Positions 1 to 10,922 of a stretch of 64,000 nucleotides of DNA are shown piece by piece. The stretch is from Trueperaceae bacterium (GTDB taxonomy: Bacteria; Deinococcota; Deinococci; Deinococcales; Trueperaceae). The position numbers and the translations under genes were made by a program. The notes under the pieces are model-generated. The model ran no database searches and was not told where the DNA came from. It worked only from the letters and a program-made list of their open reading frames with translations. Position 1 is the first letter of the stretch. Every line of letters starts with the position of its first letter. The stretch spans positions 512,001-576,000 of the forward strand of contig JAXHLW010000013.1 of assembly GCA_034521815.1 (NCBI GenBank), given 5' to 3'.

Positions 1-1127
1 TGGGCACGGGCCAGCTCGGACGGATGTTCGCCGCGGCAGCGGTCCGGATGGGGTACCGCGTGCACGTGTTCGGGCCGGACGCCGAGCGGGCGCCTGCCGC
101 CGCCCACGCCCAGCGGGTCGTGTCCGCGGGCTGGGACGACGAGGAGGCGCTCGCGTCGTTCGCACGGGGCGTCGACGCGGTCACGCTGGAGTTCGAGAAC
201 GTGCCGACCGCGGCGCTCGACCTGGTCGCCAGGCACGCGCCGGTCCGGCCCGGCCCCCAGGCGCTGCACGTCGCGCAGAATCGCGGCCGTGAGAAGGCGT
301 TCCTGGAGCGCCTCGGCGTGCCGGTGGCCGCCTGGTCGCTGGTCGAGAGCGCGGACGCGGCGGCCGAGGCGTCGGCGCGTCTCGGGGGACCGGGGCTGCT
401 CAAGACCGCCGGCTTCGGCTACGACGGCAAGGGACAAGCGGCGCTGGACCAGCCCGGCGACGCCGGGGCCGCCTGGCGCGCCATCGGCGGGGGACCGGCC
501 GTGCTCGAAGCTCGTATCGCGCTGGAGCTCGAGTTCTCGGTGGTCGCCGCCCTCGACGTGAGGGGCCGCTTCGTGCCGTTCCCTCCGACCGCGAATCGTC
601 ATGTGAACGGGATCTTGGACCTGTCCTCGACGCCGCTGGCGCTTCCGCCGGCCGTTCTGCAGGAGGCGACCGAGGCGACCGAGGCGGTGCTGCGTGGCCT
701 GGAGCTGGTCGGGGTCGCGTGCGTCGAGTTCTTCTTCGGCGAAGGCGGTCGGCTCACGGTGAACGAGGTCGCGCCGCGGCCGCACAACTCAGGTCACTGG
801 ACGATCGAGGGCGCCGCGGTGTCGCAGTTCGAGCAGCAGGTCCGCGCCGTCGCCGCCCTGCCGCTGGGCGACCCTTCGCCGCACGGGGCGGCGGCGATGG
901 CGAACCTGCTGGGCGACGCCTGGACGGCCGGCGAGCCGGACTGGCCCGCCGCGCTGAGCGTGGAGGGAGCGACCCTGCACCTGTACGGCAAGCTCGAGGC
1001 GCGTCCCGGCCGGAAGATGGGTCACCTCACCGCCGTCGCGGCCACCTCCGCGGACGCGGAACGGACGGTGCTCACGGCGCGAGCGGCGCTGGCCGGCCGA
1101 GGCAGGGGCCCGCAGCGGCTACGGTAG
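1..1127 (+). CDS. purK: N5-carboxyaminoimidazole ribonucleotide synthase (5' truncated by window)
   Basis: GTGQLGRM N-terminus read from position 3; motifs TLEFENV, GYDGKGQ, NEVAPRPHNSGHW, LHLYGK..RPGRKMGH. Confidence 0.95.
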   Translation, partial: GTGQLGRMFAAAAVRMGYRVHVFGPDAERAPAAAHAQRVVSAGWDDEEALASFARGVDAVTLEFENVPTAALDLVARHAPVRPGPQALHVAQNRGREKAFLERLGVPVAAWSLVESADAAAEASARLGGPGLLKTAGFGYDGKGQAALDQPGDAGAAWRAIGGGPAVLEARIALELEFSVVAALDVRGRFVPFPPTANRHVNGILDLSSTPLALPPAVLQEATEATEAVLRGLELVGVACVEFFFGEGGRLTVNEVAPRPHNSGHWTIEGAAVSQFEQQVRAVAALPLGDPSPHGAAAMANLLGDAWTAGEPDWPAALSVEGATLHLYGKLEARPGRKMGHLTAVAATSADAERTVLTARAALAGRGRGPQRLR

Positions 1128-1137
1128 TGTTTGGCTC

Positions 1138-3093
1138 ATGCAGAACGTCCTGCACCTCGACCCCGAGGCGCGTGATCTCTTTCTCGAAGCCCGCGCGGCC
1201 GCCCAGCGGCCGCTGGCCCGGCTGTCCGAGCGAGACCGGCAGATCTTCGTGTTGCGCCTCGAGCGCTGGTTCCAGAACCTCGTGGACGGGCTGCGGCCGG
1301 TGTACGGTCGACGGCCCGACTTCCGGAGCTTCGTCGTCAACTTGTGCCGCGAGATGGCCGAGGCGTACGCCGAGCGACCCGAGGCGCTCAAGGAGCTCGA
1401 CCTGGAGCGGGACCTCACCCCGGACTGGTTCCAGCGCGAGTCGATGCTGGGCTACGTGTTCTACGTCGATCGCTTCGCCGGCACGCTCCGCGGCGTGCGC
1501 GAGCGCCTGGACTACCTGACGGAGCTCGGCGCGACCTACCTGCACCTGATGTCCACGCTCCAGGCGCGCGAGGGAGCGAGCGACGGCGGCTACGCGATTC
1601 GCGACTACCGCGAGGTCGAGCCGGCGCTGGGCGACCGGGACGACCTCCGTGACACCTGCACCGTGCTTCGCGAGAAGGGGGTCAGCGTCTGCATCGACCT
1701 GGTCCTGAACCACTGCGCCGATCAGCACGAGTGGGCGCGTCGTGCCTTGGCCGGCGAGCAGCGCTACCAGGACTACTTCTACATGTACGAGGACCGCGCA
1801 GCCCCCGACGCGTACGAGCGGACGCTGCCCGAGATCTTCCCGGACATGGCGCCCGGAAGCTTCACCTACCGTCCCGAGATCGACCGCTGGGTGTGGACCA
1901 CGTTCCACGAGTACCAGTGGGACCTGAACTGGTCCAACCCGCAGGTGTTCCTCGAGATCGTCAGGATCATGCTGGACCTCGCGAACCTCGGCGTCGAGGT
2001 GTTCAGGCTCGACGCCGTGGCGTTCCTGTGGAAGCGTCTCGGCACGAACTGCCAGAACCAGCCGGAGGTGCACGACCTGCTCCAGGGTCTTCGCGCCTGC
2101 AGCAAGATCGCCACGCCCGCCGTGGCGCACAAGGCGGAGGCGATCGTCAGCCCGGACGATCTGGTCCACTACTTCGGCACCGGCCGGCGCTACGGCAAGG
2201 TGAGCAACATCGCGTACCACAACAGCCTGATGGTCCACTTCTGGTCCGCCCTGGCGAGTCGCGACACGCGCTTGATGACGCACACGCTGCGCGAGTTCCC
2301 GCGGACCCCGACCTCGATCGCCTGGGGCACGTATCTCCGCGGTCACGACGACATCGGCTGGGCGATCACCGACGCGGACGCCGCGGCGGTGGGCCTGGAC
2401 GCGTTCGCGCACCGCGCGTTCCTGTCCGACTTCTACTCCGGCCGGTTCCCGGGCAGTCACGCCCGAGGTCGCGTGTTCGGGTTCAATCCGCGAACGCAGG
2501 ACCGTCGCATCAGCGGCTCGGCCGCCAGTCTGGCCGGGCTCGAGAAGGCCCTCGAGACCGGCGACGAGCGGCTGGTGGCGCTGTCGATCGAGCGGATCCT
2601 GCTGGGCCACGCGCTGATCCTGGGCTTCGGGGGCATCCCGCTGCTGTACATGGGGGACGAGCTGGGGATGCGGAACGACTACGGCTACGAGCACGAGCCG
2701 CACGAGCTCGGCGACAACCGCTGGATGCACCGGCCTCGCATGGATTGGCGCGCGGCCGAGCGGCGCGACCTGGAGGGGACCGTCGAGGAGCGCATCTTCC
2801 ACGGCATCCGGCGCATGGTGAGGGCGCGCTCGCGGACGCCGCATCTGCACGCCTCGTACGCCACCGACGTCCTGGACATCGGCCATTCGCACGTGTTCGC
2901 GTACGCCCGGCCCCATCCGCTGGGGACGATGGTGGCGCTGATGAACTTCAGCGAGCAGGTGCAGACGGTCGACGCGGAGGTGCTCACGTCGCACGGGATC
3001 GAGCAGCCGTACGACCAGATCCAGCAGGCGTTCGTCGGGATCGAGGCCGGAGAGCTGGCGTTGACGCCGTACCAGCGCTACTGGCTCATCTGA
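1138..3093 (+). CDS. Amylosucrase-like GH13 glycoside hydrolase
   Basis: SDGGYAI, DLVLNH, WVWTTFHEYQWDLN, RLDAVAFLWK (nucleophile), KAEAIV, GHDDIGW, DNRWMHRP; leaderless TAGTGT-N7-ATG. Confidence 0.85.
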   Translation: MQNVLHLDPEARDLFLEARAAAQRPLARLSERDRQIFVLRLERWFQNLVDGLRPVYGRRPDFRSFVVNLCREMAEAYAERPEALKELDLERDLTPDWFQRESMLGYVFYVDRFAGTLRGVRERLDYLTELGATYLHLMSTLQAREGASDGGYAIRDYREVEPALGDRDDLRDTCTVLREKGVSVCIDLVLNHCADQHEWARRALAGEQRYQDYFYMYEDRAAPDAYERTLPEIFPDMAPGSFTYRPEIDRWVWTTFHEYQWDLNWSNPQVFLEIVRIMLDLANLGVEVFRLDAVAFLWKRLGTNCQNQPEVHDLLQGLRACSKIATPAVAHKAEAIVSPDDLVHYFGTGRRYGKVSNIAYHNSLMVHFWSALASRDTRLMTHTLREFPRTPTSIAWGTYLRGHDDIGWAITDADAAAVGLDAFAHRAFLSDFYSGRFPGSHARGRVFGFNPRTQDRRISGSAASLAGLEKALETGDERLVALSIERILLGHALILGFGGIPLLYMGDELGMRNDYGYEHEPHELGDNRWMHRPRMDWRAAERRDLEGTVEERIFHGIRRMVRARSRTPHLHASYATDVLDIGHSHVFAYARPHPLGTMVALMNFSEQVQTVDAEVLTSHGIEQPYDQIQQAFVGIEAGELALTPYQRYWLI

Positions 3094-3101
3094 GCACGTC
3101 C

Positions 3102-3161
3102 CTCTGATCACGTGCGCTCTGATCGCGTGCGCTCTGATCGCGTCGGCTCTGAACGCGTCCG
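3102..3161. repeat. 15-bp tandem repeat x4 (CTCTGAtcgcgtgcg-like)
   Basis: ctctgatcacgtgcg/ctctgatcgcgtgcg/ctctgatcgcgtcgg/ctctgaacgcgtccg. Confidence 0.9.
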
Positions 3162-3199
3162 CGAGGCGCGCCTCCATCCGCGGCTCCGTCACCTGGGCC

Positions 3200-3229
3200 T
3201 TGTGCTGACCCGCCCGGAGAGGCTATACT
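3200..3229 (+). promoter_or_regulatory. Sigma70-type promoter of the str/S10 superoperon
   Basis: TTGTGC-N18-TATACT about 200 nt upstream of rpsL. Confidence 0.6.
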
Positions 3230-3431
3230 GCACCGGTTTGCGTCCCCCTGGCTCGCAACGACGGGTCTGGGGGCTGGTCTGTCGCATGCGCCCCGGTGGC
3301 GCAAGAGCGGGCCGAAAGCACCATCCTGAAGGGGCGGACGGTCCGTCCCACCGAACCCAGAAGCGAGGCCCGAGCCACCGCGCCGGACGTCGCATCGACG
3401 CCGGCGACGCCGAGTACGAGGAGTGATCACG

Positions 3432-3821
3432 CTGCCCACCGTCAACCAGCTGCTCCGCAAGGGGCGCAACAAACTGAGCAAGAAGAACAAGACCCCCGCC
3501 CTGAAGGGCAGCCCGCAGCGCCGTGGCGTCTGCACGGCGGTCAAGACCCAGACGCCGAAGAAGCCGAACTCCGCGCTTCGCAAGATCGCCCGCGTCCGGC
3601 TGTCCACCGGCTACGAGGTCACCGCCTACATCCCGGGCGAGAAGCACAACCTCCAGGAGCACTCGGTCGTGCTGATCCGCGGCGGCCGCGTGAAGGACCT
3701 GCCGGGCGTCCGCTACCACATCGTCCGTGGCGCGCTCGACGCTCAGGGCGTCGAGGTCGGTCGCTACGTCCAACGCAACCAGGGCCGAAGCAAGTACGGC
3801 ACCAAGAAGCCGAAGAAGTAG
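3432..3821 (+). CDS. rpsL: 30S ribosomal protein S12 (probable CTG start)
   Basis: [42 protein letters not shown] at 3418-3423 lies 8 nt before CTG at 3432. Confidence 0.97.
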   Translation: MPTVNQLLRKGRNKLSKKNKTPALKGSPQRRGVCTAVKTQTPKKPNSALRKIARVRLSTGYEVTAYIPGEKHNLQEHSVVLIRGGRVKDLPGVRYHIVRGALDAQGVEVGRYVQRNQGRSKYGTKKPKK

Positions 3822-3832
3822 GGGGAGCCAGA

Positions 3833-4303
3833 ATGGGTCGCAGAAGACGCGCCGAGATCCGCAAGCTCGAACCGGACCTGGTCTACGCCGACACCACCGT
3901 GACGGCGTTCGTGAACAAGCTGATGCGTGCCGGGAAGAAGAACCTCGCCAGCCGCATCTTCTACGGGGCGTGCCGCCTCATGCAGGAGCGCAGCGGCCAG
4001 GAGCCTCTCAAGGTGTTCCGCCAGGCGCTGGACAACGTCCGCCCGCGCACGGAGGTCAAGAGCCGACGCGTCGGCGGCGCCACGTACCAGGTGCCGGTCG
4101 AGGTCGGTCCGCGCCGTTCGCACTCGCTGAGCATGCGTTGGCTGGTCGCCGCGTCGGACTCGCGTCCGGAGCGCACCGCCGTCGAGCGCGTCGCGGGCGA
4201 GCTGCTGGACGCCTCGCAGGGCCGCGGCGGCGCCGTGAAGAAGAAGGAGGACGTCGAGCGCATGGCGGAGGCGAACCGAGCCTACGCCCACTACCGCTGG
4301 TAG
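3833..4303 (+). CDS. rpsG: 30S ribosomal protein S7
   Basis: MGRRRRAE..., [28 protein letters not shown]; 156 aa. Confidence 0.98.
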   Translation: MGRRRRAEIRKLEPDLVYADTTVTAFVNKLMRAGKKNLASRIFYGACRLMQERSGQEPLKVFRQALDNVRPRTEVKSRRVGGATYQVPVEVGPRRSHSLSMRWLVAASDSRPERTAVERVAGELLDASQGRGGAVKKKEDVERMAEANRAYAHYRW

Positions 4304-4319
4304 TCGCCGACAAACGATC

Positions 4320-6389
4320 ATGACGACCGAGACCAAGATCGATCTCCATATGACGCGCAACATCGGGATCGCCGCCCATATCGACGCGGGCAAGACGACC
4401 CTGACCGAGCGCATCCTGTTCTACGCCGGCCGCATCCACAAGATGGGAGAGACCCACGAGGGGGGCTCCCAGATGGACTGGATGGAGCAGGAGAAGGAGC
4501 GCGGCATCACCATCACGTCCGCGGTGACGCAGTGCGCCTGGAACGGCTACACGATCAACATCATCGACACGCCCGGCCACGTGGACTTCACGATGGAGGT
4601 CGAGCGTTCGATGCGCGTTCTGGACGCGGCCGTGGCCGTGTTCGACGCTTCGCAGGGCGTCGAGCCTCAGTCCGAGACGGTCTGGCGTCAAGCCGATCGC
4701 TACAAGGTGCCCCGCCTCGCGTTCGCGAACAAGATGGACAAGACGGGCGCCGACTTCCAGCTGGTGCTCGACTCGATGGACGAGCGCCTGGCGGCCAACG
4801 CCGTGGCGATCCAGTGGCCGATGGGCGCCGAGGACGACTTCCTGGGCGTGATCGATCTGGTCGAGCTCAAGGCCTACACGTACGGCGACGATCTCGGTCA
4901 GGACATCCGCGTCTCCGAGATTCCCGACGAGTACGTCGAGCTGGCCAACGAGAAGCGCACGCTGATGATCGAGAAGCTCGCCGACGTCGACGACGAGGTC
5001 GCGATGAGCTTCCTCGAGGGCGAAGAGATCGCCGTCGACGTGATCAAGAACGCGATTCGTCAGGGCGTCATCGATCTCGCGCTGTTCCCGGTCATGTGCG
5101 GCTCCGCGCTGAAGAACAAGGGCGTGCAGCGGGTGCTGGACGCGGTGACCTACTACCTGCCGAGCCCCCTCGACGTGCCGCCGATCCACGGCGTGCTCGA
5201 GGACGGCACGGAAGAGGTCCGGCCGGCCGACGCCGACGCGCCCACCTCCGCTCTGGCGTTCAAGATCGCCGCGGATCCGTACGTGGGCCGCCTGACCTTC
5301 GTCCGGGTGTACTCGGGCGTGCTCGAGGCCGGCAGCTACGTGCTGAACGTGTCGAAGGGCAAGCGCGAGCGCATCGGGCGGCTGCTCAAGATGCACGCCA
5401 ACAGCCGTGAAGAGGTGGACCGCATCTCCGCAGGCGATCTGGGCGCCGTGATCGGTCTGAAGGACACCAGCACCGGCGACACGCTGTCGCACGTCGACCA
5501 CCCGATCGAGCTCGAGTCGATCGAGATCCCCGAGCCGGTCATCACGGTCGCCATCGAGCCCGTCTCGAAGGCGGACCAGGACAAGCTGGGCGCGGGGCTC
5601 GCGAAGCTCGCCGAGGAGGATCCGACGTTCCGCGTCGAGACCGACCCGGAGACCGGACAGACGAAGATCTCGGGCATGGGCGAGCTGCACCTCGACATCC
5701 TCGTCGACCGGCTCAAGCGCGAGTTCAAGGTCAACGCCCACGTCGGCGCGCCCCAGGTGGCGTACCGCGAGACGATCACCCGCCACGTCGAGGTCGAGGG
5801 CAAGTTCGTCCGCCAGACCGGTGGCCGCGGCCAGTACGGCCACGTCAAGATCAAGGCCGAGCCGCGCGAGCGGGGCGAGGGGTTCGAGTTCGAGAACTCC
5901 GTCGTCGGCGGGACGATCCCGAAGGACTTCATCCCCGCCGTCCAGAAGGGCGTCGAGGAGTCGATGCAGAGCGGTCCGTTGCTCGGCTTCCCGATCGTGG
6001 ACATGAAGATCTCGCTCTACGACGGCTCCTACCACGAGGTCGACAGCTCCGAGATGGCGTTCAAGATCGCCGCCTCGATGGCCGTGCGCAACGCGATGGA
6101 GAAGGGTGGCGCGGTCGTGCTGGAGCCGGTGATGCGCGTCGAGGTCGTCACGCCCGAGAACTACATGGGCGACGTCATCGGCAACCTGAACTCCCGGCGC
6201 GGCCAGATCCAGGGCATGGAGCCTCGCGGCAACGCGCAGGTCGTCACCGCCCACGTTCCGCTGGCCGAGATGTTCGGCTACGCGACCGACCTCCGCAGCC
6301 TGAGTCAGGGCCGCGCGACCTTCACGATGTTCCTCGACCACTACACCGCGGTGCCCAAGGGCATCCAAGAAGAGCTCACCAAGAAGTAA
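4320..6389 (+). CDS. fusA: Elongation factor G
   Basis: [52 protein letters not shown]. Confidence 0.99.
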   Translation: MTTETKIDLHMTRNIGIAAHIDAGKTTLTERILFYAGRIHKMGETHEGGSQMDWMEQEKERGITITSAVTQCAWNGYTINIIDTPGHVDFTMEVERSMRVLDAAVAVFDASQGVEPQSETVWRQADRYKVPRLAFANKMDKTGADFQLVLDSMDERLAANAVAIQWPMGAEDDFLGVIDLVELKAYTYGDDLGQDIRVSEIPDEYVELANEKRTLMIEKLADVDDEVAMSFLEGEEIAVDVIKNAIRQGVIDLALFPVMCGSALKNKGVQRVLDAVTYYLPSPLDVPPIHGVLEDGTEEVRPADADAPTSALAFKIAADPYVGRLTFVRVYSGVLEAGSYVLNVSKGKRERIGRLLKMHANSREEVDRISAGDLGAVIGLKDTSTGDTLSHVDHPIELESIEIPEPVITVAIEPVSKADQDKLGAGLAKLAEEDPTFRVETDPETGQTKISGMGELHLDILVDRLKREFKVNAHVGAPQVAYRETITRHVEVEGKFVRQTGGRGQYGHVKIKAEPRERGEGFEFENSVVGGTIPKDFIPAVQKGVEESMQSGPLLGFPIVDMKISLYDGSYHEVDSSEMAFKIAASMAVRNAMEKGGAVVLEPVMRVEVVTPENYMGDVIGNLNSRRGQIQGMEPRGNAQVVTAHVPLAEMFGYATDLRSLSQGRATFTMFLDHYTAVPKGIQEELTKK

Positions 6390-6417
6390 TCCCCAGGGAT
6401 TCAGAGGAGAAGCTGTC

Positions 6418-7635
6418 ATGGCGAAAGCTACGTTCAACCGTACGAAGCCGCATGTGAATGTTGGGACGATTGGGCATGTGGATCATGGGAAGACGACGTT
6501 GACGGCGGCGATTACGTTTGCTGCTGCGGCGATGGATCCGTCGGCGACGACGATGTCGTATGACCAGATTGATAAGGCGCCGGAGGAGAAGGCGCGTGGG
6601 ATTACGATTAATACGTCGCATGTGGAGTATCAGACGGAGTCGCGTCATTACAGTCATGTGGATTGTCCGGGGCATGCGGATTATGTGAAGAACATGATTA
6701 CGGGTGCTGCGCAGATGGATGGTGCGGTGTTGGTGGTGTCGGCTGCGGATGGTCCGATGCCGCAGACGCGTGAGCACATTTTGTTGGCTCGGCAGGTGGG
6801 GGTTCCTTACATTTCCGTGTTTTTGAACAAGGTGGACATGGTGGATGATGAGGAGTTGTTGGAGCTTGTGGAGATGGAGGTTCGTGAGCTTTTGTCTAGT
6901 TACGAGTTTCCTGGGGATGATGTGCCTGTGGTGTCTGGGTCTGCGTTGAAGGCGTTGGAGGCGTTGTCGGCGAATCCGAATGTGCAGCGTGGTGAGGATG
7001 CGTGGGTGGATAAGGTTTGGGAGCTTCTTGATGCGGTGGATGCGTATATTCCGACGCCTGAGCGGGATGTGGATAAGCCGTTTTTGATGCCTGTCGAGGA
7101 TGTGTTCACGATTACGGGTCGTGGGACGGTGGCGACGGGTCGTGTTGAGCGGGGTGTTGTGAAGACGGGGGATGAGGTTGAGGTTGTTGGTCTTGTCGGC
7201 GACGCGGAAGACGGTTGTGACGGGTGTGGAGATGCATCGGAAGACGTTGGATAGTGGGATGGCTGGGGATAATGTCGGGGTTTTGCTTCGTGGTGTGGCG
7301 CGGGATGATATCGAGCGTGGGCAGGTGCTTGCGAAGCCGGGTTCGATTACGCCGCATACGAGGTTTTCTGGGAGTGTGTACATTTTGAGGAAGGAGGAGG
7401 GGGGCGTCATTCGGCGTTTTTTGCGGGGTATCGTCCTCAGTTTTACTTTCGGACGACGGATGTGACGGGGGTTTGTACGTTGCCGTCGGATGTGGAGATG
7501 GTGATGCCGGGGGATAATGTGGAGTTGTCGGTGGAGTTGATCAAGCCGATTGCGATGGAGGAGGGTCTTCGGTTCGCGATTCGTGAGGGTGGTCGTACGG
7601 TGGGTGCGGGCGTCGTGACGGGAATCCAGGAGTAA
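6418..7635 (+). CDS. tuf: Elongation factor Tu, with two compensating frameshifts (+1 at ~7192-7195, -1 in G run 7399-7404), probably sequence errors
   Basis: [21 protein letters not shown]; reading across both shifts gives [16 protein letters not shown]...[24 protein letters not shown]...[15 protein letters not shown] (405 aa). Confidence 0.95.
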
Positions 7636-7639
7636 TCTC

Positions 7640-7960
7640 GTGGCGACCCCGAAGATTCGTATCAAGCTCAAAGCGTTCGATCACCGCAGCCTCGACAGCT
7701 CGGCGACGCGAATCGTCGACACGGTGCGTCGAACCGGTGCGGACGTGGCCGGCCCCGTGCCGCTACCGACCCGTACCCGGCGCTTCTGCGTGTTGCGCGG
7801 CCCCTTTACCGACAAAGACAGCCGCGAGCACTTCGAGATCCGTACCCACAATCGGTTGATCGACATCAAATCGCCGACGAAGAGCACGATCGACAGCCTC
7901 ATGCACCTCGACCTCCCGACCGGGGTGGACATCGAGATCAAGACGGTCGGAGGGCGGTAA
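7640..7960 (+). CDS. rpsJ: 30S ribosomal protein S10
   Basis: [30 protein letters not shown]. Confidence 0.98.
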   Translation: MATPKIRIKLKAFDHRSLDSSATRIVDTVRRTGADVAGPVPLPTRTRRFCVLRGPFTDKDSREHFEIRTHNRLIDIKSPTKSTIDSLMHLDLPTGVDIEIKTVGGR

Positions 7961-8583
7961 TGAAAGGACTCCTCGGCACCAAGGTGGGCATGACCCAGGT
8001 CTGGCGCGGTGAGCGGCTCGTACCCGTCACCGTCGTCCTGGCCGGGCCGTGTCCCGTGGTGCAGCGCAAGAATCAAGCGACCGACGGCTACGACGCCGTC
8101 CAGCTCGGCTGGCACGAAACGTCGGGCAAGGCCGCCAACAAGCCTGCGCTGGGCCACTTCAAGATCCACGGGGTCGCTCCGCAGCGGCATCTCGTGGAGT
8201 TCCGCGACTACGTCCCCGACGGCGACGCCGTCACCGTCGAGATCTTCGAGGGTGGCGAGACCGTCGACGTGACCGGCACCAGCAAGGGCCGCGGCACGGC
8301 GGGCGTCGTCAAGCGCTGGGGGTTCGCCGGCATGCCCGCGACCCACGGCACGAAGAAGAAGCATCGTCACGGCGGCTCGATCGGCAACCGCAAGTCGCCC
8401 GGCCGCGTGTACAAGGGCAAGCGCATGGGCGGTCGGATGGGCGCGAAGCCGGTCACCACCGTCGGCCTCGAGGTCGTCGAAGTGCGCAGTGACGACAACC
8501 TGCTTCTGATCAAGGGCGCTCTGCCCGGCCCGAACGGCGGCCTGGTCGTCGTCAAGGCTTCGAACCGGAAGAAGGTGAGCTGA
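7960..8583 (+). CDS. rplC: 50S ribosomal protein L3
   Basis: [28 protein letters not shown]. Confidence 0.97.
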   Translation: MKGLLGTKVGMTQVWRGERLVPVTVVLAGPCPVVQRKNQATDGYDAVQLGWHETSGKAANKPALGHFKIHGVAPQRHLVEFRDYVPDGDAVTVEIFEGGETVDVTGTSKGRGTAGVVKRWGFAGMPATHGTKKKHRHGGSIGNRKSPGRVYKGKRMGGRMGAKPVTTVGLEVVEVRSDDNLLLIKGALPGPNGGLVVVKASNRKKVS

Positions 8584-9182
8584 TGCCGGTCACGCTGGAC
8601 GTCGTCGGTAGCGGCCGCACGGTGACCCTCGACCTGCCCGAGCCGCAGGAGTCGGTGCTCCACGAAGTGGTGCGCTGGCAGCTGAGCAAGCGGCGCCGCG
8701 GCACGGCGTCGACGAAGACGCGCGGCAAGGTCGTCGGCTCGACCGCCAAGATCTACCCGCAGAAGGGCACCGGCCGCGCGCGTCACGGCAGCCGCAAGGC
8801 GCCGATCTTCGTCGGCGGGGGCATCGCCTTCGGTCCCCAGCCGCGCGACTACGCCTACACCCTTCCCAAGCGCGTGCGCCGGCTGGGCCTGCACATGGCC
8901 CTCGCCGCCCGCGCCGAAGAGGGCAAGCTGACGCTGGTCGAGTCGTTCGACCTGAGCGGCAAGACCAAGGAGTTCGTCGCCTGGGCCGGTCAGAACGGCT
9001 TCGACGGCAGCGAGCGGGTGCTGCTCGTCACCGACGACGAGCTCGCCCGCCGCGCGGCCCGCAACCTGCCGTGGGTGGACGTGCTGCCCGGACGCGGGAT
9101 CAACGTCTACGACATCCTGCGCAACCAGGCGATCATCGCCGACGCCGCGCTGTTCGACCTGGACGAGGAGGAGGAGCGATGA
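8583..9182 (+). CDS. rplD: 50S ribosomal protein L4
   Basis: RRGTASTKTRG, QKGTGRARHGS. Confidence 0.97.
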   Translation: MPVTLDVVGSGRTVTLDLPEPQESVLHEVVRWQLSKRRRGTASTKTRGKVVGSTAKIYPQKGTGRARHGSRKAPIFVGGGIAFGPQPRDYAYTLPKRVRRLGLHMALAARAEEGKLTLVESFDLSGKTKEFVAWAGQNGFDGSERVLLVTDDELARRAARNLPWVDVLPGRGINVYDILRNQAIIADAALFDLDEEEER

Positions 9183-9466
9183 ACCCGCACGACGTGATTC
9201 TCCGCCCCGTCCTGAGCGAGAAGGCGGTCATGGAGATCGAGAACGGCAAGTACGCGTTCTTCGTCCACCCGCACGCCAACCGCAGCCAGATCAAGGACGC
9301 GGTCGAAACCGTCTTCGAGGTCACGGTCGAGAAGATCAACCTGCAGAACGTCGGCGGGAAGACCAAGCGGATGGGCCGGTACGCCGGCAAGCGTCCCGAC
9401 CGCAAGAAGGCCATCGTCACCCTCGCTGCCGGAGAGAAGATCCAGCAGCTCGAGGGTCTCACCTAA
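9179..9466 (+). CDS. rplW: 50S ribosomal protein L23
   Basis: [15 protein letters not shown]...[12 protein letters not shown] overlap with rplD stop. Confidence 0.96.
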   Translation: MNPHDVILRPVLSEKAVMEIENGKYAFFVHPHANRSQIKDAVETVFEVTVEKINLQNVGGKTKRMGRYAGKRPDRKKAIVTLAAGEKIQQLEGLT

Positions 9467-9479
9467 GGGAGGGGCGCGC

Positions 9480-10316
9480 ATGCCGACCAAGAAATACAGA
9501 CCGTATACGCCCTCTCGCCGCTTCATGACGACGTCCGACTTCGCGGAGGTCACCAAGGACCGGCCCGAAAAGTCGCTGGTCGTTCGGATGAAGAAGAGCG
9601 GGGGCCGCAACAACCGCGGCCGGGTCACGTCGCGCTTCCGCGGCGGCGGCCACAAGCGTCGCTATCGCCTGATCGACTTCCGTCGTCGCGACAAGGAAGG
9701 CGTCCCGGCCAAGGTCGCCAGCATCGAGTACGATCCGAACCGCACCGCGAACATCGCGCTGCTCCACTACCTCGACGGCGAGAAGCGCTACATCATCGCG
9801 CCCGAGAGGCTCGAGGTGGGCATGCGGATCGTGGCGGGCGCGGACCAGGAGCCGATCGTCGGCAACGCCTTGCCGCTGCGCTTCATTCCCGTCGGCACGG
9901 TCGTCCACGCCGTGGAGCTCATTCCCGGCAAGGGCGCCCAGCTGGGCCGTAGCGCGGGCACCGGCATCCAGATCCAGGGTCGCGACGGCATCTACGTGAC
10001 GTTGCGGCTCCCCTCGGGCGAGCTGCGCCGGGTGCACGGCGAGTGCTACGCCACCATCGGAAACGTCGGCAACGCGGAGCACAAGAACCTGGTGCTCGGC
10101 AAGGCCGGCCGCAAGCGTTGGATGGGTCGCAAGCCCCACCAGCGCGGCCGGGCGATGAACCCGGTCGACCACCCGCACGGTGGTGGCGAGGGTCGTTCGA
10201 CCAGCGGTCGTCCGCCCGTCAGTCCGTGGGGCCAGCAGTCCAAGGGGCTTAAGACCCGCAACAAGCGCAAGGGGTCGAGCCGCTTCATCGTGCGTCGTCG
10301 GAAGGGGAGGAAGTAA
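9480..10316 (+). CDS. rplB: 50S ribosomal protein L2
   Basis: [26 protein letters not shown]. Confidence 0.99.
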   Translation: MPTKKYRPYTPSRRFMTTSDFAEVTKDRPEKSLVVRMKKSGGRNNRGRVTSRFRGGGHKRRYRLIDFRRRDKEGVPAKVASIEYDPNRTANIALLHYLDGEKRYIIAPERLEVGMRIVAGADQEPIVGNALPLRFIPVGTVVHAVELIPGKGAQLGRSAGTGIQIQGRDGIYVTLRLPSGELRRVHGECYATIGNVGNAEHKNLVLGKAGRKRWMGRKPHQRGRAMNPVDHPHGGGEGRSTSGRPPVSPWGQQSKGLKTRNKRKGSSRFIVRRRKGRK

Positions 10317-10579
10317 TGTCCCGGAGCATGAAGAAGGGTCCGTTCATCGACGGTCACCTGCTGAAGAAGGTGGACGCCGCGAACGCTTCGGGCGACCGCC
10401 GCGTGATCAAGACCTGGAGCCGCCGCTCGACGGTCGTGCCCGAGATGGTCGGTCACACCATCGGCGTCTACAACGGCCGTCAGCACGTGCCGGTCTTCGT
10501 TCAGGAGAACATGGTCGGGCACAAGCTCGGCGAGTTCTCGCCCACCCGCACCTTCCGCGGACACGGCCGGAGGGACTGA
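10316..10579 (+). CDS. rpsS: 30S ribosomal protein S19
   Basis: [24 protein letters not shown]. Confidence 0.98.
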   Translation: MSRSMKKGPFIDGHLLKKVDAANASGDRRVIKTWSRRSTVVPEMVGHTIGVYNGRQHVPVFVQENMVGHKLGEFSPTRTFRGHGRRD

Positions 10580-10580
10580 C

Positions 10581-10922
10581 GTGCAGGCCAAGGCGTCCCT
10601 TCGCATGCACCGCGCCACGCCGCGCAAGACGCGCCTGGTCGTCGACCAGATCCGCGGCAAGAACGTGGCCGAGGCGGAGTCGATCCTTCGCTTCACCGAC
10701 AAGCGCGTGGCGAAGCCGGTGCTCAAGCTGCTGAAGAGCGCGAAAGCGAACGCCGTCAACAACCACGACATGTTCGAGGACTCGCTGTTCGTCTCGGACG
10801 TGCAGGTCGGCGACGGCCCGACGCTCAAGCGCTTCCTGCCGCGGGCACGCGGCCGCGCCGACATGCTGCGCAAGCGCACGAGCAACATTTCGATCACGCT
10901 GGAGGAACGCAGTGGGGAATAA
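10581..10922 (+). CDS. rplV: 50S ribosomal protein L22
   Basis: PRKTRLVVDQIRGK, LKRFLPRARGRA. Confidence 0.97.
   Translation: MQAKASLRMHRATPRKTRLVVDQIRGKNVAEAESILRFTDKRVAKPVLKLLKSAKANAVNNHDMFEDSLFVSDVQVGDGPTLKRFLPRARGRADMLRKRTSNISITLEERSGE

Noticed and set aside
3102-3161. Possible CRISPR array
   Set aside because: Contiguous 15-bp units with no spacers and no cas genes.
6418-7635. tuf as horizontally acquired low-GC DNA or as a programmed frameshift
   Set aside because: The bias is C loss with G/T gain, not AT enrichment; the position and protein look native; the indels lack recoding signals and look like consensus errors.
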